Assembly (NCBI GenBank): GCA_965202585.1
Contig: OZ241826.1
Location: 99,448,001-99,512,000 of the forward strand
Direction of reading: 5' to 3'
Source: Thalia democratica
Lineage: Eukaryota
Length of the DNA: 64,000 bases
The translations under genes and the position numbers were made by a program. The notes beneath the pieces were generated by a model that had not been told where the DNA came from, did no database searches, and saw nothing but the letters and a program-made list of their open reading frames with translations. How positions within the stretch are numbered: position 1 is the first letter of the stretch; each line of letters starts with the position of its first letter. This document shows, one piece after another, positions 1-11,112 of this stretch.

Positions 1-680
1 ATTTAAATATGGCTAATAGACTACGAATACGAGCGAATAAAAAATAACACCTAAAACAGTATATTAGTTTTTATTATACATAACAAAAAAAGCAATAAAA
101 AAACTGAAATGCTTATTAATTCTGTTTAATAGTAATTTAAAATAGTTTTTTAAGTGCATGAGTTTTTAAAATAAACTATATATTAAGGTTAGTAAGTTTA
201 TGCTGGAAGTCTTATTAACAGTTTATTTATTTTATTTCAATAGTTTGGTTCAGTTTATAGTTCACATTATTTTGTTTAAGGGATTTTGATCAGAACTTCT
301 TATCAATATAAATAATATAACTTAAAAATTATTCATTAAACTTAATTGTTAATGTACTGTGTTAGATGCATTTTACCTTATTTTAATATTTTTATAATGT
401 ATGGTCAATAGAATCTGTTTATTTTTAACTAGTTAAATAACAAAAGCTACTTAAAATTTTAGAAGTGAAAATTTTAAGATCACTTACAATTGTACTTTTT
501 TTTTCTTATTAATGTGCTGTTTGTTGATTTTTACAGTTACTTTTGTATGTTTAAAAAAAATTCTAATCTGTTTCCTATGGTTTTTTGTCCTTTAAAACAC
601 TTGAAATGACAAAAATCATTTTTTTTATAAAAAGTTTGTTGACCACAATAATAGATGTTCTATTTTAACTGTATTTAAGT

Positions 681-1109
681 GGGTAGCTGTCAAATCTGCA
701 CGAGCGTACAAAATTGTATGAGGTGACAAAATTGCACAAAGATACTTTTGCATTAAGACATTTTTGCACAAACAGACAGTTTTGCACAGAGACATATTTG
801 CCTGGGCTAATTTTCTTTTTCTTTATACTTTTATTATAATTTTAACTTATTATTTTATTATTATTTTTATTTTACTGCCATTATTACTCCTGACCCTTAC
901 CCTCGGTCACTTATTTTTTTGGTTTTTTTATATTTATTTTTCTTTTAACTTTTCAATTTGTTTTTTATTATATACATTCTTCTGTAGTTTTTTCTTGACT
1001 CTCGTGCATAATTGTAACTAGTGTTAAATTGAAACTTGGTGCAAATTTGTCTTCCTGCAATTTTATTTTCAAGCAATTTAGTCCCTTCGTGCAACTTTTA
1101 CCCATTTCC
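681..1109. mobile_element. Non-autonomous DNA transposon (MITE), GGG...CC termini, Mutator-like; same family as 28008-28453
   Basis: Starts gggtagctgtc and ends acccatttcc, like the 28-kb copy. Subterminal tttgcac-containing repeats on the left and gtgcaa-containing repeats on the right. Flanks atttaagt (673-680) and atttgagt (1110-1117) match 7/8, consistent with a TSD. Confidence 0.7.
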
Positions 1110-1159
1110 ATTTGAGTTAGATAATTTTTACAGATAAAAATGTGCCAACCGTTGATGTT

Positions 1160-1430
1160 TTGCCATCATACTCGTGATTGTACCCCAAACAATGATGTAT
1201 ATCTACCGCTGGTCAAGGTAAAATCAAGTGCATGATACAAATTGCTTAGACACTTTGTGACTCTGGCAGGAATCGAACCTGCGACGGTTGCTTTACAAGC
1301 ACGACGCCCTAACCCACAGAGCTAACCAGCCACTTATAAGTTCACACCTAAATGAGTTTATAAACACTAACAGCTCATGCGAATGAGAGAGGACTTAAGA
1401 AGGATAGAAATAATAGAGTGTTAAGTTTTT
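1160..1430 (-). repeat. tRNA-derived repeat copy 1 (tRNA-like core 1258-1331; SINE-like or pseudo-tRNA)
   Basis: Minus strand GGCTGGTTAGCTCTGTGGGTTAGGGCG...GCAGGTTCGATTCCTGCCAGAGTCA has A-box-like and B-box (GGTTCGATTCC) motifs, a perfect T arm and a D arm. Acceptor and anticodon stems are imperfect. Flanks align with 3568-3840. Confidence 0.75.
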
Positions 1431-3567
1431 AGAAATATGTCACACAATGGTGTTAAAATTCACGTAAGCAATATTTAACAAATGATTTGAAAGCAGAAAA
1501 TGTTTGAAAAACCCTGTAAAAAAAGTTGAAACAAGATACATGTAAATACAAATAACCAATACCGCTTAAGATCGAAAAAAAGAATCAAAATATTTTTGAA
1601 ACTAAGGTAATATTTAAAAAAATATTTTAGTATTAAGTGAAACTTAAGTCAAACAACTGCTTATAATATTTGATTATAAATGTATTATTATCATGAAGTA
1701 ATTGATTTAACAAGAAAGCAATCAGCTAAAAAAACAAATTGTTAGTAAAGGTATTACCATATTACAGAAGTTTTAATTTAGTTTTTTAGGCTTTATACAT
1801 TTACAAAAAAAAATTCAGAAGAAGTTATTAAGTTAAAATTAGATGCATTCACAACTGAAAACTAACATATCAGCTCAATTAAAAAATATAAACTTTTATT
1901 TAGTTTTAAGTCAAGTATTTTCAGTTTGAAATTATAACTACTAAATCAAAACGAGTATTAAAATTTCTATAAATACACGCATTGGTTTATAAATACTTGA
2001 ATATACGAAATTTATTATAAGAAATTTAAGTTATAACAGATAAAAGTATCAATGCAGCTTTCTTTATTAGAATTTTAGTAAATATGAAAACTAAAAACAA
2101 CAAAAATTAACTTTTTCAACAAGCAAAAATAAATTTTTATACCTTATTAAACAACAGAGGAAAATATATTTGAAATAAGTTTTAAAAAACAACTAAACTC
2201 TAAAATTACACTATAAACTAAATTATATTATAACAAAATCACCCTTTTTTTTTAATAAAATAAACTTATACCCATTGAAACATGTTTGATTTTTTTAGTT
2301 AAGACTCAATTAAATCTATCAATTTTTAGAGCTACATTTATACAATCTCAACTTTATTTTTGATAGTTTAGTAAAAAATTAAGTAATACAACACTCACTA
2401 CTTTTAACTCTGTGTTGATCATATATGATAGGACTTGGTTTATAGTGTTATTTCAATTTATTATCATTATTTATAAACGATAACGAAAGTTTTAAAAATA
2501 GATAGTATCATATGAATTCCTAAATCCTGAAGTTTACAGCTTGGATTTAATTAAAACTACTAAATTTTTCACTATCAAATAACTGCTACATTTTTAACAT
2601 ATGTGATGTGATATATAAAAGGAATGATACTTTATGCAAATCTTATTTACAATATCTAGAAACTTTTATATAATTATAGTTAAAATATATTTTTAAAAAA
2701 GTTAGTTAGCAATCTTAGCTAGGAAGAAAGTTAAAATAGTTTTATTTTAATGGCTATAGTTTTTAAACAAAACTAGAAAGTTTTTAAATGAAAGTTTTTG
2801 TAATTTGACAAACACAAATAACAAAAAAAAAAAAAAATTTTTATGGTTCTCATAAAAAGCATAGTAAAGGTAATAATAGAAAAAAGTAGCAAAAGAAATC
2901 TTAAATTATCTAAGAATGCTTAAGTTTGAGTTGTATATATTTTTTACAAATCTAAGAAACATTATTTTTTTACAGTTTACATGAAGTACATAAATACTCA
3001 GCACAACAAAAACCTTTTACCTATATCAATAGTAAGATCGGATCTATAAACCCTATAAAAATTAAAAAAAAATTAGTTTTTAAGAGTTCTAAGTTTAACT
3101 TAGATATTTTATTATAACAGTATTTTAAGAAAATAAGTACAGGCAAATACTACATAAGGTATTCTTATTTTTTAATACAGTACTTTTTAAAGTGAGCCAG
3201 TTATTAAGCTTAACAAATTGGTTCTGCTTCAATTGTTATTATTTAAAAAGAAAAGCATACATTTTAAAATATATGCTTTATAATAAATTCATTAAATCAT
3301 TTTACAACTGTTTTTAAGTTTAATTAAATACTTTTTACTTTTGTTTAGTTTTTATTTTGTTTGTTTTAAAAATTACACTTGTATTTTTAAAGTATATCAT
3401 TGCTAAAAGTAGTTAAAATAAAAGTTTCTCGTGTAGCTAAATGACTTAAATTAGTATCTCTATACCAATTCCGTTTACCATAATCATTAGAATAAAAACC
3501 TTATTATAACTGACTGTAATATTGAATAAATGAAAATAATAAAAAAAATTTGTCAATTTAGAGGTAA

Positions 3568-3840
3568 GTTGCCACCTTACAGGTGATTAAGACCCACACA
3601 GTGATATATATACAATCACCCGTCTGGGGCTTAATCATGGGCACGGTGCAAATATTATTGACACTTTGGTGACTCTGGCAGGAATCGAACCTGCGACAGT
3701 TGCTTTACAAGCACGACGCCCTAACCCACAGAGCTAACCAGCCACTTGAGAGTTCACACCTAAATGAGTTTATAAAACTAACAGTTCATGCGAATGAGAG
3801 ACTAATTAAGAAGGAGATAAACGAGAGAGTTGAGTTCTTA
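3568..3840 (-). repeat. tRNA-derived repeat copy 2 (tRNA-like core 3670-3743)
   Basis: Core matches copy 1 at 73/74 nt and is followed by a genomic CCA (GAGTCACCA). Flanks on both sides align to copy 1 at lower identity. Confidence 0.75.
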
Positions 3841-4206
3841 AAAATTTTCTCACAAAATTCAAAACATTACTTTATAATCATTTTAAATAATGAGTAATTA
3901 TAGAATAAACTTAAAATAAAAAAATGTTGTGATAAAAATGCATAAATATACTGAAATAAGACATGTCAAGAGTTTTATTATTGTAAAAAACTTCAACAAA
4001 GTAAGTTAACAACAAAACTCTATTATATAAACTTGTTTTTTCATTGCAGTAATAACAGATAAATTTATGTATTATTACACTTTATACAGTAATGAAATCA
4101 GTTTTTAAACTAATCAAAGTTTAAAGACTTAAGTTATGAAATTTAATATTAATCAGTATTTAGAAAATAATAAATAAAAAGTTATTGACTTAATTATAAG
4201 AGTCAG

Positions 4207-4210
<4 letters not shown>

Positions 4211-4240
<30 letters not shown>
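4211..4240. repeat. (TA)n microsatellite
   Basis: About 15 consecutive TA units. Confidence 0.95.
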
Positions 4241-4248
<8 letters not shown>

Positions 4249-4269
4249 CAAAAATAAGGTTTTAAAAAT

Positions 4270-4317
4270 ACTGGTACATATGTTTCATAAGACTAGACGC
4301 CTTAATCATCAGCCAGT
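4270..4317 (-). ncRNA. Minimal type I hammerhead ribozyme motif
   Basis: Minus strand actgg-CTGATGA-t-taaggc-gtcta-gtctta-t-GAAA-catatg-TA-ccagt: 5-bp stem I (actgg/ccagt), 6-bp stem II, intact core, palindromic CATATG stem III and a GUA cleavage triplet. AATAAA follows ~20 nt downstream. Confidence 0.8.
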
Positions 4318-5504
4318 TAAATTAAAAATAAAAAGCACTTCGCTAAACATACATGCAAAAGAGGGGGCTCAATAGAAGGTGTTAAAGTTTTAGAATAACT
4401 TTATTTTATATATATATAAAGAAAATAGCTTCTTAGTCCTTATTGGTAGTTTTTTGTAAGTTTTAAACCATTTCTACTACTCTTTTAAGTTTTTATGCGT
4501 ATAAATTTTGAAAGTATGAAATAAAAAATTAAATTAACCTACTTGAGCATTCATATAAATTTGAGTTTTAAAAGATTATGCTAAATTTATCAAAGTTAAC
4601 AATGTTATATGTATTTATGTTAAAACAAATGAAAATATAAAATTTTAATTAAATTTTTGTACAACAAATTAAACTATTAAAAGTTACAAAAAGAAAAAAA
4701 CTTTTTTCTTTTGATACATAAATGTTTTATAATACTAAGCCGTTGCTTCAAAAGTAGTAAAACAGTAATTAAACTTAATATTATCAATTTAAAGTCAAGT
4801 AGCTATTATCTTTATTACCTTTAAAACCTAGTAAAAACTAATTTACAGTTTTTATTTTATTATGAAAAAATCTTTAAACTTTCTTTTCTGTGTATTTGCA
4901 TAATCAATATATGTTTTCTAATAAGTGTTTTAGTTACAACACCAAAATTATCTATATAGAATGAAGAAATATAAGACGTATCAAGTATAATACTAATTGA
5001 ATTGTAACCGATCATCTTTAGAAATATAGTTTTTAATTTCTTTTCTAAATATAAATGCAACTTAGTTTAAACGTTTTAATAGTTAAATTAGCTTAATTTA
5101 TCATCAAACTAAAATTAAATGTTAATTTATTAATCAAGTTTTATAAAAGTCGTAAAAACAAGTTATTGAAGTTTGTATGTATTTCTACTGCTATATATAT
5201 ATATAAAGATACTATAAAATTATTGATAACCTTTCAAAACTTGTCGAAATGCTACTATTGGTTATTTAAACAAAAAACGTTCAAAAAATTGGTCCTATGA
5301 CCTTGTATACAAATCAGATTAAAAGTTCAGCGTTTTGTCAACGACAAGGTGCAGACACTGCCGGCTCGCACGACTGTTCAAGCACAACAACAACAAATAG
5401 ATTTCGCCCTCAACCTATCCTTTTGAACTCAAAACATGTTTCAGAAGAATTTAATTTAAAAATTAGAATTGTTTTTTTACACTATTGAAAAAATTAATTA
5501 TATA

Positions 5505-5630
5505 TAGAATTTTTTGAACGATAAAAAAACGCACAAAATATTTGGTCCTAAGACCTGGTGCACGGAGAACCTTACGGTTATCGTGTTGCACACAACATAT
5601 ACCTTTTAATGTCTTGTCCAGGACACTTTT
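5505..5630 (-). repeat. Short interspersed repeat (~125-130 bp family); partial extra copy at ~5270-5310
   Basis: Shares ctggacaagac...gataaccgtaag...ccaggtc(t/c)taggaccaaatattt...cgttca with 32096-32220, 48752-48890 and 50645-50765. Confidence 0.7.
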
Positions 5631-7019
5631 AAGTTTTTACTTTATAGTTTCTCAGAGTAATTTTTTATATAGACTTTTTGGTTTTTTTTTGGATTTTTTC
5701 CTAATTGTTGTTCTGCTAACAACTATTGGTGAGCCTGGCTCACTAATTGGAAAAATTACTTAACAAAAATAAAGTACTTCTCTAGCTTTTATAAATATTT
5801 GATGAACACTTTTTGATTAGTTTCAGCATTGGTAATTTTATGCCAATTCCAGCACTAATATCATGAAAGTTATTTCAATATTGTGCAAAGGAAAAAACAA
5901 AATGACAGACTCTGGACTTACAATTAAACATTTACAAAAGGTAGTTTGTTTTGATAATTTTTACATCTTAATTTTTTTTGTAAGCAGTACCTAATGCAAT
6001 TTGTAATTATAATTTATTTAATCAGTTACCTTAAAAAATCCTCATTATGATGCAAGGGTCCTAATTAAACTTATTTGAATGTTTGAAGATGATAACTATT
6101 AAGATGATATATATACATGTATTAAAGAGTATATGGTTTTATTAAAAACCATAACTTTTTACGGTATAGGGTAATCATTAAATCAAATCCTGAGAATAAT
6201 CTTGAAATTAAAAACATACCAAATAAATAAAAGTTGAAAATTTATGTTTATTGAAAAAACCTGGAATTTTTAGCATTATTATTTTTTTTTTTTTATGGTA
6301 AAAAATACATCAGTCTCAAACTCTACCCCTTGCAACGATAAACGTTTTCTGGGGAAAAGTGAGTGTGTTACATCATAAGTAATTTTACCTGCCCCATTAA
6401 TATTTAACTTTAACTATCCAAAAATAAAATAAACAAAAAACTATCTTTTAAACAAATAAAAAGCCCTTGGTGACACGCCATTTGGAGAACACTCACAAGG
6501 CTAAAATCTCAACACTAAAAACCACAAAGTGTAGGAAAATCATGAAGCTCAAATCCCCAAGTAAGTGTTCACTGGGCTACAACAAAAACATCACACCAAC
6601 AATCCAATCATGTGATCACCGCCACCAAAGTAAACTCACAATCAGCTGTTGAGCAAATGCATAAAACTAGTATTATAATGAATACATTAGCATTAAATAA
6701 CTATCTTAAAGCTTGATAATTAACTAATTTACTGAAATGGTACTCAAAAAAAAAATCTAGAAATTAAGCTAAATTGAAAAAAAAAAAAAATAATAAATAA
6801 ATAAAAATTAAACAAAAACTATTAATAAAAATGTAGCTTCTGAAACTTGTATTGGTGGATATAATTTTAGTCTAATAAAAGTAAGAAAAAAAAAATTATA
6901 TTTATGCAATAATAATTAATATATATAGCTAACAAATAAATATAACAAAAATATAATAAAAACTGGATCGTAGCAAAAAAAAAAAGCAATCACGCACAAC
7001 CATACAATATATTTCCCCA

Positions 7020-8804
7020 TCAGCAGACCAAAACCAGCCAATCATGATCAGAGTAGACACAAACAAAATTGACCATACATATAATAAGAGAAACAGATAA
7101 AAATAACAACCAAAAGCAATTAATCAAAATCTGCATGCAACACAAAATATTCAACCACAGCACTCTAAACTTCTCAGTATACTGGCTCAACAAGAATTTT
7201 TTGTAACTATATTTAAACTGATCTTTTTTTAGGTTTTTAAAAATTTCTGGAACACTAGACCACAACTTAGGGCCCAAATACTTGAAGGAGTTTAGGCCAA
7301 GTTGTGTTCTAGGTCTTTCAATAACAAAATTATTATTTTTTGAATGTCTTGTATAGTGTGTATGAACCATACTTACTGGAGTAAAACAACTGTGGTCAAC
7401 CTCAAATCCTCTCAAAGTATTCAGCATCAACTTACAAACTTGCAAATTAAACACCTCATTAAATTTCAGTATACCAGTTTTTAAAAACAATGAATTTGTA
7501 GGAGTCAGTGCAGGTACGCGACAAACATATCTTACAATTCTTTTTTTGCATACAAACAATTGGTTTCAAATGACAACTAGCAGCACCACCCCAAACAGAT
7601 ATACAATACAGGATATGAGGATAAAACAAACTATAATACACCATTTTCAAAGTAATTGTATCCAAATAATATCTTAATTTTGACATCATAAAACAACTTC
7701 TTGAAAGCTTAGACTTAAGGTACTTTAAATGTGCCTTCCAATTTAAATTATTGTCTAATACCACACCTAAGTATTTAATATTTTCACTCTGCTCAATCAC
7801 AAAACCATTTACCTTAACACTGAATTCATTCTTTTTTGCAGTTCTATTAAACAGCAAAAACTTAGTCTTTGAATAATTAATAAACAATCTATTTTTACAC
7901 AGCCATTCATCAATTTTCTTCAACTCCATATTTATAACAACATTAACATGGTCAATATCACAATGTTGATAACTCATAAAGCATCGCCTGCAAACAATCT
8001 CAATTTAATATTTGTAGCTGAAAATATGTCATTTATATATACAAGAAACAACAATGGACCAAAACAAGAACCCTGAGGTATCCCAACATTCAAAATTTCA
8101 CGCTCAGAAACAACATTATTTACAACAGTAGACTGACTTCTATCTTTTAGATAACTTTCAATAAAATTTAACATTGAGCATTTTATATTATAACATTGAA
8201 GTTTTGATATTAGAATTTTATGGTTAACAGTGTTAAAAGCTTTAGCAAGATCCAAAAAAACAGAACAATTTACCTTTTTTTTTCACCAGCCTCAATTAGT
8301 TCCTCAACAATCTGATTTACTGCTAACTCAGTCGTACTATTTTTTCTAAACCCATATTGTTTGCAGTGCAGTAAATTATTTGACAGAAAATAACCACTCA
8401 GTCTCTCACACACCAATGACTCAAAAATTTTAGAAAAAGGAGACAAAAGAGAAATAGGTCTATAATTATTTACATTGTTTTTTTTACCATTTTTATAAAT
8501 CGGCACTACCTCAGCATGTTTAAGAGAATTAGGAAACACACCATACTCAACACAACTATTATACAACATAGAAAGATAGGGAGAAATTATTTTTGCACTA
8601 AGCTTCACAAAACGAATACTAGGGACATCAGAACGCACACTCTTGTTAGGGTTCATTGTTTTAATATAATTTTCAATTTCGCTCGCTGATATATTCTTAA
8701 AAACAAAACCATTTTTTACAGGACCTATTGAAAACTCATCATAATCACAAGCAACATGTGTTCTTTTTTTATTAAATCATCAGCAATTGACACAAAATTT
8801 TTAT
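7020..8804 (-). pseudogene. Reverse transcriptase and C-terminal part of LINE ORF2, frameshifted
   Basis: Fragments carry NYRPISLLSPFSKIFE, QYGFRK..ST, DLAKAFNTVNH, GIPQGS.FGPLLFLVYIND, LFAGD (for FADD) and KYLGVVLD, split over four ORFs by frameshifts. Confidence 0.92.
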
Positions 8805-10088
8805 TCATAACATTACCAATTTTTTTGGTTCAACAACAACATTACCATGCACATCAAGCACACCATTGATTTTTGAATGAGAGATAGGTTTAGTAGCAAC
8901 AATATTGTTAATTATTTTCCACAACTTTTTACTGTTTGTTTTGTTTTTGTTTACAACCTGTTTAAAGTAAAGTATTTTAGATCGTTCAATAACTCGATTC
9001 AGAATATTTCTATATTTTTTGAATGTAATTGAAATTTTTTTTGTTTTATCTTTGATGGCAGACTTAAACATTAGATTTTTCTTTTTAATTGAAACAATAA
9101 TCCCCTTTGAAATCCAAGGTTTAGCTTTTAGTTTTTGATCGTTTTTATTTAAAATTTTAGTTGGTGCATGATAAAACACTGTGCTACCAAACACACTCTC
9201 AAACTCATTCCAACACTCATTTATATCCTCACCTTTTGTAATACTCATTTTCAATTTACCCAAGTTCCTTCTAAGATCATTTAAAAAAACTCCAACATCA
9301 AACTTACTGAAATCTTGAACTGATTTTTGATAACACAATTCATTTTTATTCATTAAACATTTAATTTCACGAACATTAGGCATATGGTCAGATATATCAT
9401 AATCTACAACATTAACATTTAGCTTCTCACGCCCAAAACTAGAATAAACATGGTCAATCAAAGAACTAGAGGAGCAATCAGAAGAAAGTCTAGTTAGGGA
9501 GTCAACAAATTGTTTAGCACCAGCACTAGAAACACAATTCAAATAGTCACAAGTACGCTGACCTCTACTAAATAAGTTTATATTTACATCACCACCAATT
9601 ATAAAATCTCTTTTCTTTTCATTTAATATATCTAAAACTTTAACAAAATTTTCTTTAAAAGTATTAAATGTAGAGCTTGGGTGTCTGTACACATTACTAA
9701 GTATAAGATGTTTATTGTTTCCAAGTTTAATAGAGATCCACAAATCATCTACATCACACTGTTTAAATGATATACCTTCTACAACCTCATAAGAGTGACA
9801 AGCTCTTACAAAAAATGCAACACCACCAGATTGATTACTATTAGACAGTTTATTTACATAATCATACCCATGCAGTTTACCCATAAAAGGTCTCAGACTA
9901 GTCAACCAAGTTTCACAAACACAGATTATATCAGGTAGATTTTTCACTAAATTCAAAAATTCCTCAATTTTATGTAGATTTGCATTTATGCTTCTAATAT
10001 TCATGTAAACAACACTAATAGTATTTTCTTTTCCAAAATTCACATAATTTAAGTCTAAATATTGGTCATCTTTTCTACTAATATTCAT
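8805..10088 (-). pseudogene. APE-type endonuclease domain and linker of LINE ORF2
   Basis: Motifs YMNIRS, ICVCETWL, GGVAFFV, NVYRHP, GGDVNINL, SSLIDHVY, SDHMP and KPWISKGI are typical of CR1/L2 endonuclease plus linker. Confidence 0.92.
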
Positions 10089-10724
10089 CTTAATAGGTTT
10101 ATTAAAGCAATCATAGTCAAGATCATCAACATTCTGAAATGGAAAAACAGATTTTTCACATAGATCACAATAAAATCTAAAACTATTGCTTTTAAATTGG
10201 TACAGAGCATTTTTACTAGTTGTAGATTTAAAATGACATTTTCTATTACATAAAAAACAAGTTAAACAGTTTTCTGAGTCTTTACAAGCTTAACTACATC
10301 TATAACAAACAGACATGTTCAAATCACAATCTTTACAAAAAAAAGGTAAATCATTTTTACATATCTTATTAAGACTCTTGTTTGGTATACTGACACATTT
10401 GCAATGCATCCATTTAAAACAACCTTCACAATACACACATTTATCTTTAGAAGAAAATCTTTTAAAACAATTTTTACAAAAGTCTTCACTCCCAACAATG
10501 TCAAACTTAAAATTATTTGTACAATTTTTACAATAAAATAAATCACTTTTATAAGAATAGAAGTTAAAATTAAGCTTAGATAGCCCAGAACAATTTAAAT
10601 GTATCCATCTTTTACACCCATCACAATATATGAATTCAAAATTTGGAGGTTTAAAATCATTTTTACAAACTTTACAATTCTCAACAAAAGCAGTTTTAAC
10701 TAATTTTGTCTTATATGAGCTCAT
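10089..10724 (-). pseudogene. N-terminal PHD-finger region of LINE ORF2 (two intact and one degenerate finger)
   Basis: C-x2-C...C-x2-C-x4-H-x2-C...C-x2-C spacing occurs twice in ORF 10290-10724. After a single TAA the same frame continues CLTCFLCNRKCHFKS...YCDLCEKSVFPF directly into MNISRKDD of the endonuclease ORF. Confidence 0.85.
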
Positions 10725-10834
10725 TTAAAGTACTAAGTAAAATCTCAACAAAAACTTAAAAAAAAATAATAAATAAATAAATAAATACATAAATATATTA
10801 ATATTTAGAATTAAGTGATAGTTAACAATCACTT

Positions 10835-11110
10835 TTAGAATATTTTTTTTAACTCTTCTACACAATGAACTACCACAGCCTTGCTTGTTTCATTCTCTCT
10901 CATCAAAACCACCCCACCAGACAACCAAGAGAACTTCCAGCCATTAGCCTTTTGGAACCTTCTTGTATGGTAAAGAAGGTCCCGACTAAATTGTGATAAG
11001 TTCTCGTTGATGTAAATCTTCTCAATATTTTTACATATTGAGTTAAGATTAGCATTTGCCAACTTTTTCTTCTCTTTCATGATCTTGACCTTCTGCTCAA
11101 AAGATATTCA
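10835..11110 (-). pseudogene. C-terminal fragment of LINE ORF1
   Basis: IYINENLSQFSRDLLYHTRRFQKANGWKFSWLSGGVVLMRENE matches the I(Y/F)INE.L....R.L....R......(W/Y)KF.W...G.I..R pattern of CR1/L2 ORF1 C-termini. It lies directly upstream of ORF2. Confidence 0.8.
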
Positions 11111-11112
11111 TC

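Larger units (their letters stand above)
6275..11110 (-). mobile_element. CR1/L2-group non-LTR retrotransposon, 5'-truncated and decayed
   Basis: Collinear ORF1 C-terminus, PHD fingers, APE endonuclease and RT fragments on the minus strand. A-rich tail candidate at 6275-6295. The 3' boundary is approximate. Confidence 0.9.

Noticed and set aside
764-1021. 85-aa hydrophobic ORF
   Set aside because: T-rich interior of a MITE; F/L/I bias is compositional.
1639-1650. gaaacttaagtc (hammerhead-like 3' half)
   Set aside because: No CTGANGA upstream.
1258-3743. Bona fide tRNA genes (Tyr/Thr-like anticodon loop)
   Set aside because: Acceptor stem has three mismatches, the anticodon stem is 3 bp, and there is no oligo-T terminator right after. 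Both are embedded in a larger repeat.
10315-10546. ORFs 10315-10536 (+) and 10319-10546 (-)
   Set aside because: Antisense and alternative-frame shadows of the LINE PHD region.
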